Shown here: piece after piece, positions 62,243-64,000 of the stretch | Layout of the letters: every line of letters starts with the position of its first letter | Position numbering within the stretch: the first letter of the stretch is position 1 | Assembly (NCBI GenBank): GCA_035447065.1 | Contig: DAOTGJ010000006.1 | Location: 5,668 to 69,667 of the forward strand | From: Candidatus Krumholzibacteriia bacterium | GTDB lineage: Bacteria; Krumholzibacteriota; Krumholzibacteriia; LZORAL124-64-63 | Direction of reading: 5' to 3' | DNA length: 64,000 nucleotides | Notes under the pieces: model-generated | The model's input: only the letters and a program-made list of their open reading frames with translations | Told to the model about the DNA's origin: nothing | Databases searched by the model: none | Translations under genes and position numbers: made by a program

Positions 62243-63276
62243 CGCGACCCCGCGTGCTCATCCTCGCGCCCAACTGGCTGGGTGATCTGGTCATGGCCAC
62301 CACGCTGCTGGGCCGCTGCGATGAGGCCGGCGTGAGCCCCGTGGTCCTGGTGCGCCGACGCTGGGCGTCGCTGCTTCGGGACGACCCCCGCGTGGGCGGC
62401 CTGCTCCACTACGAACGCACGGGCCTGCACGCGGGCTGGCGCGGGCTGCCGCGGCAGGCGGCCCGTCTGCGCGAGGCGGGGCCGGTGGAGGCGGTCTTCG
62501 TGCTGCCGCCTTCCCTGCGCGCGGCGGCCGCGGCGCGGCTGGCGGGGCAGGGCCCGCGCCTGGGCTTCGGCGGCGAGGGCCGCGCACCGCTGCTGGACGT
62601 CTGCCTCACGCGCCCGCCGCGGGGCAGCCTGCACTACTGCGAGGAGACGGACCTGCTCTGGCGCGCGTATCGGCCCGCCGCCGCCGGGCCGGCCCCGGAG
62701 CCGGCGCTCCCCGGCCTGCGCACGGCCGCCCCGGCCGCCGCCGCGGCGCACGGACGCGTCTGGATCCTGGCCGTGGGCGCCACCTACGGGTCGGCCAAGG
62801 CCTGGCCGGCGCCCATCGCCGCCGGCTTCGCCGCCGCCGCCGCGGATCTGGGCGTGCGCCTGCTGCTGCTGGGCGACGCCGCCGCCGCCGGCCACGTGCA
62901 GGCCATGGCCGCGGCCCGTCACCTGCCTTGGCGAGGGGCGGAGGAGCCCGGCGATGGGGTGGTGGACCTGACCGGACGCACGGACCTGAGCGAGGCGGCG
63001 GGCCTGCTGCGTTCGGCCTCGGTCTTCGTGGGGAACGACAGCGGCCTCATGCACCTGGCCGCCGCCCTGGGCGCGCCCACCCTGGGCCTGTTCGGCTCCA
63101 GCAACCCGGCCTGGACGGCGCCGCGCGGTCCGCGCGCCCGCGCCCTGGCGGTGGAAGGCTTCGCCTGCCATCCCTGCCATCGCCGCACCTGCGACCAGCC
63201 GCGCTTCTGCATGGAGACCCTGACCGCCGACGCCGTGCTCGTCGCGGCCCTGGAGCTGGAGGAGGCGCGCCCGTGA
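62239..63276 (+). CDS. glycosyltransferase family 9 (WaaF/RfaF-like heptosyltransferase)
   Basis: It has 'RVLILAPNWLGDLVMATTLL' and 'VFVGNDSGLMHLAAALGAPTLGLFG'. Its start overlaps the upstream stop. Confidence 0.8.
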   Translation: MTRPRVLILAPNWLGDLVMATTLLGRCDEAGVSPVVLVRRRWASLLRDDPRVGGLLHYERTGLHAGWRGLPRQAARLREAGPVEAVFVLPPSLRAAAAARLAGQGPRLGFGGEGRAPLLDVCLTRPPRGSLHYCEETDLLWRAYRPAAAGPAPEPALPGLRTAAPAAAAAHGRVWILAVGATYGSAKAWPAPIAAGFAAAAADLGVRLLLLGDAAAAGHVQAMAAARHLPWRGAEEPGDGVVDLTGRTDLSEAAGLLRSASVFVGNDSGLMHLAAALGAPTLGLFGSSNPAWTAPRGPRARALAVEGFACHPCHRRTCDQPRFCMETLTADAVLVAALELEEARP

Positions 63277-63860
63277 AGCCCGTGATCTGGTCCCGGCCCG
63301 GCCCCGATACGCCCGCCCACGGCCCCCTGCTGCTGGTGGACCGCGACGGCGTGATCATCGAGGACGGGGACTACCTGGACGACCCGGCCCGCGTCCGCCC
63401 CCTGCCGGGGGCTCTCGCGGCCCTGGCGCGCCTGAAGGCCGCCGGGTGGCGCCTGGTGGGGGTCTCCAACCAGTCGGGACTCGGGCGGGGACGCATCGCG
63501 CCGACGGCCTTCGCCGCCGTGCAGAGGCAGGTGGACGCGGAGCTGGCCGCCGCCGGCGCGTCCCTGGACGCCATGCTCTACTGTCCCCACGCGCCGGACG
63601 CCGACTGCGCCTGCCGCAAGCCGGCCCTCGGCATGGTGGAGGCGGCCCACGACCTGCTGGAGTGGTCGCCGGACCGGGCCGCCATGGTGGGGGACAAGCG
63701 CTCCGACGCGGAGCTGGGGCTGGCGGCGGGCGTGCGCACCTTCCTGGTGCGGACCGGACAGGGGAGCCGGATGGATGCGGCGGACCTTCCGCCCGGCGTG
63801 GAGGTGGCCGCCGACCTGGCCGCCGTGGCGGCGCTCCTGCTCGCGGAGACGCGGCCGTGA
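63273..63860 (+). CDS. gmhB: D-glycero-D-manno-heptose 1,7-bisphosphate phosphatase (HAD IIIA)
   Basis: It has the HAD motif I 'LLLVDRDGVI', then 'GVSNQSG' and 'CPHAPDADCACRKP' (a Zn-binding Cys cluster). It starts at GTG overlapping the upstream stop. Confidence 0.8.
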   Translation: MKPVIWSRPGPDTPAHGPLLLVDRDGVIIEDGDYLDDPARVRPLPGALAALARLKAAGWRLVGVSNQSGLGRGRIAPTAFAAVQRQVDAELAAAGASLDAMLYCPHAPDADCACRKPALGMVEAAHDLLEWSPDRAAMVGDKRSDAELGLAAGVRTFLVRTGQGSRMDAADLPPGVEVAADLAAVAALLLAETRP

Positions 63861-64000
63861 CGAGGACGGAGGCGACGCTCGGGCCGCGACCGGACCAGGT
63901 CCGACGTCTGCTCGTCATCCGCCGCCGCGGCCTGGGCGACGCCCTGGTCTCGCTGCCCGCGGTGGCCGCCCTGGCGGACCTCTATCCGCGGGCGGAGGTG
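63857..64000 (+). CDS. glycosyltransferase family 9, 3'-truncated at window edge
   Basis: It starts at GTG overlapping the gmhB stop. 'RRLLVIRRRGLGDALVSLPAVAAL' is a typical GT9 N-terminus. Confidence 0.6.
   Translation, partial: MTRTEATLGPRPDQVRRLLVIRRRGLGDALVSLPAVAALADLYPRAEV

Overview
This is a 64-kb bacterial chromosomal segment at roughly 70% GC with about 90% coding density, and I saw no mobile elements, rRNA, tRNA or CRISPR arrays. In order it carries the 3' end of an ADP-forming acyl-CoA synthetase gene, sppA and a lipoprotein zinc metallopeptidase, a Wzz-like chain-length determinant with a BY-type tyrosine kinase, and an MFS transporter. Next come two small paralogous secreted proteins of unknown function, a bifunctional formiminotransferase-cyclodeaminase, an NYN-domain protein and a class-IV aminotransferase. 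A complete 13-gene complex I operon (nuoA-B-CD-E-F-G-H-I-J-K-L-M-N, nuoCD fused) follows. After it lie gcdH, a membrane sulfatase-family protein, a NifU-like protein, suhB, nhaC, a SAM hydroxide adenosyltransferase, a lipoprotein, a PhoH/PIN ATPase and glnA. A glycan-biosynthesis block (a small exported protein, a WaaL/Wzy_C-like ligase, a GT4, a WecA-like initiating transferase, a methyltransferase and an unknown protein) sits directly upstream of two tandem paralogous genes of about 1600 aa each. These encode gingipain-like C25 peptidases with FG-GAP repeats and a T9SS-type C-terminal sorting domain, each with its own promoter and a homologous leader. Downstream are an orphan OppA-like solute-binding lipoprotein, an unusual protein with two HARE-HTH-like domains and a histone H1-like linker preceded by an AT-rich 18-bp perfect palindrome, a HIT protein, a PfkB kinase, hsp20 with lon, and an LPS inner-core heptose cluster (GT9, GT9, gmhB, GT9 partial). 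The high GC content, the C25 peptidases and the T9SS-type sorting domains suggest an FCB-superphylum or Gemmatimonadota-like (or candidate-phylum) organism; this is inference only. Several long antisense ORFs in the track are GC-rich artefacts. All coordinates are from manual counting and may be off by one.
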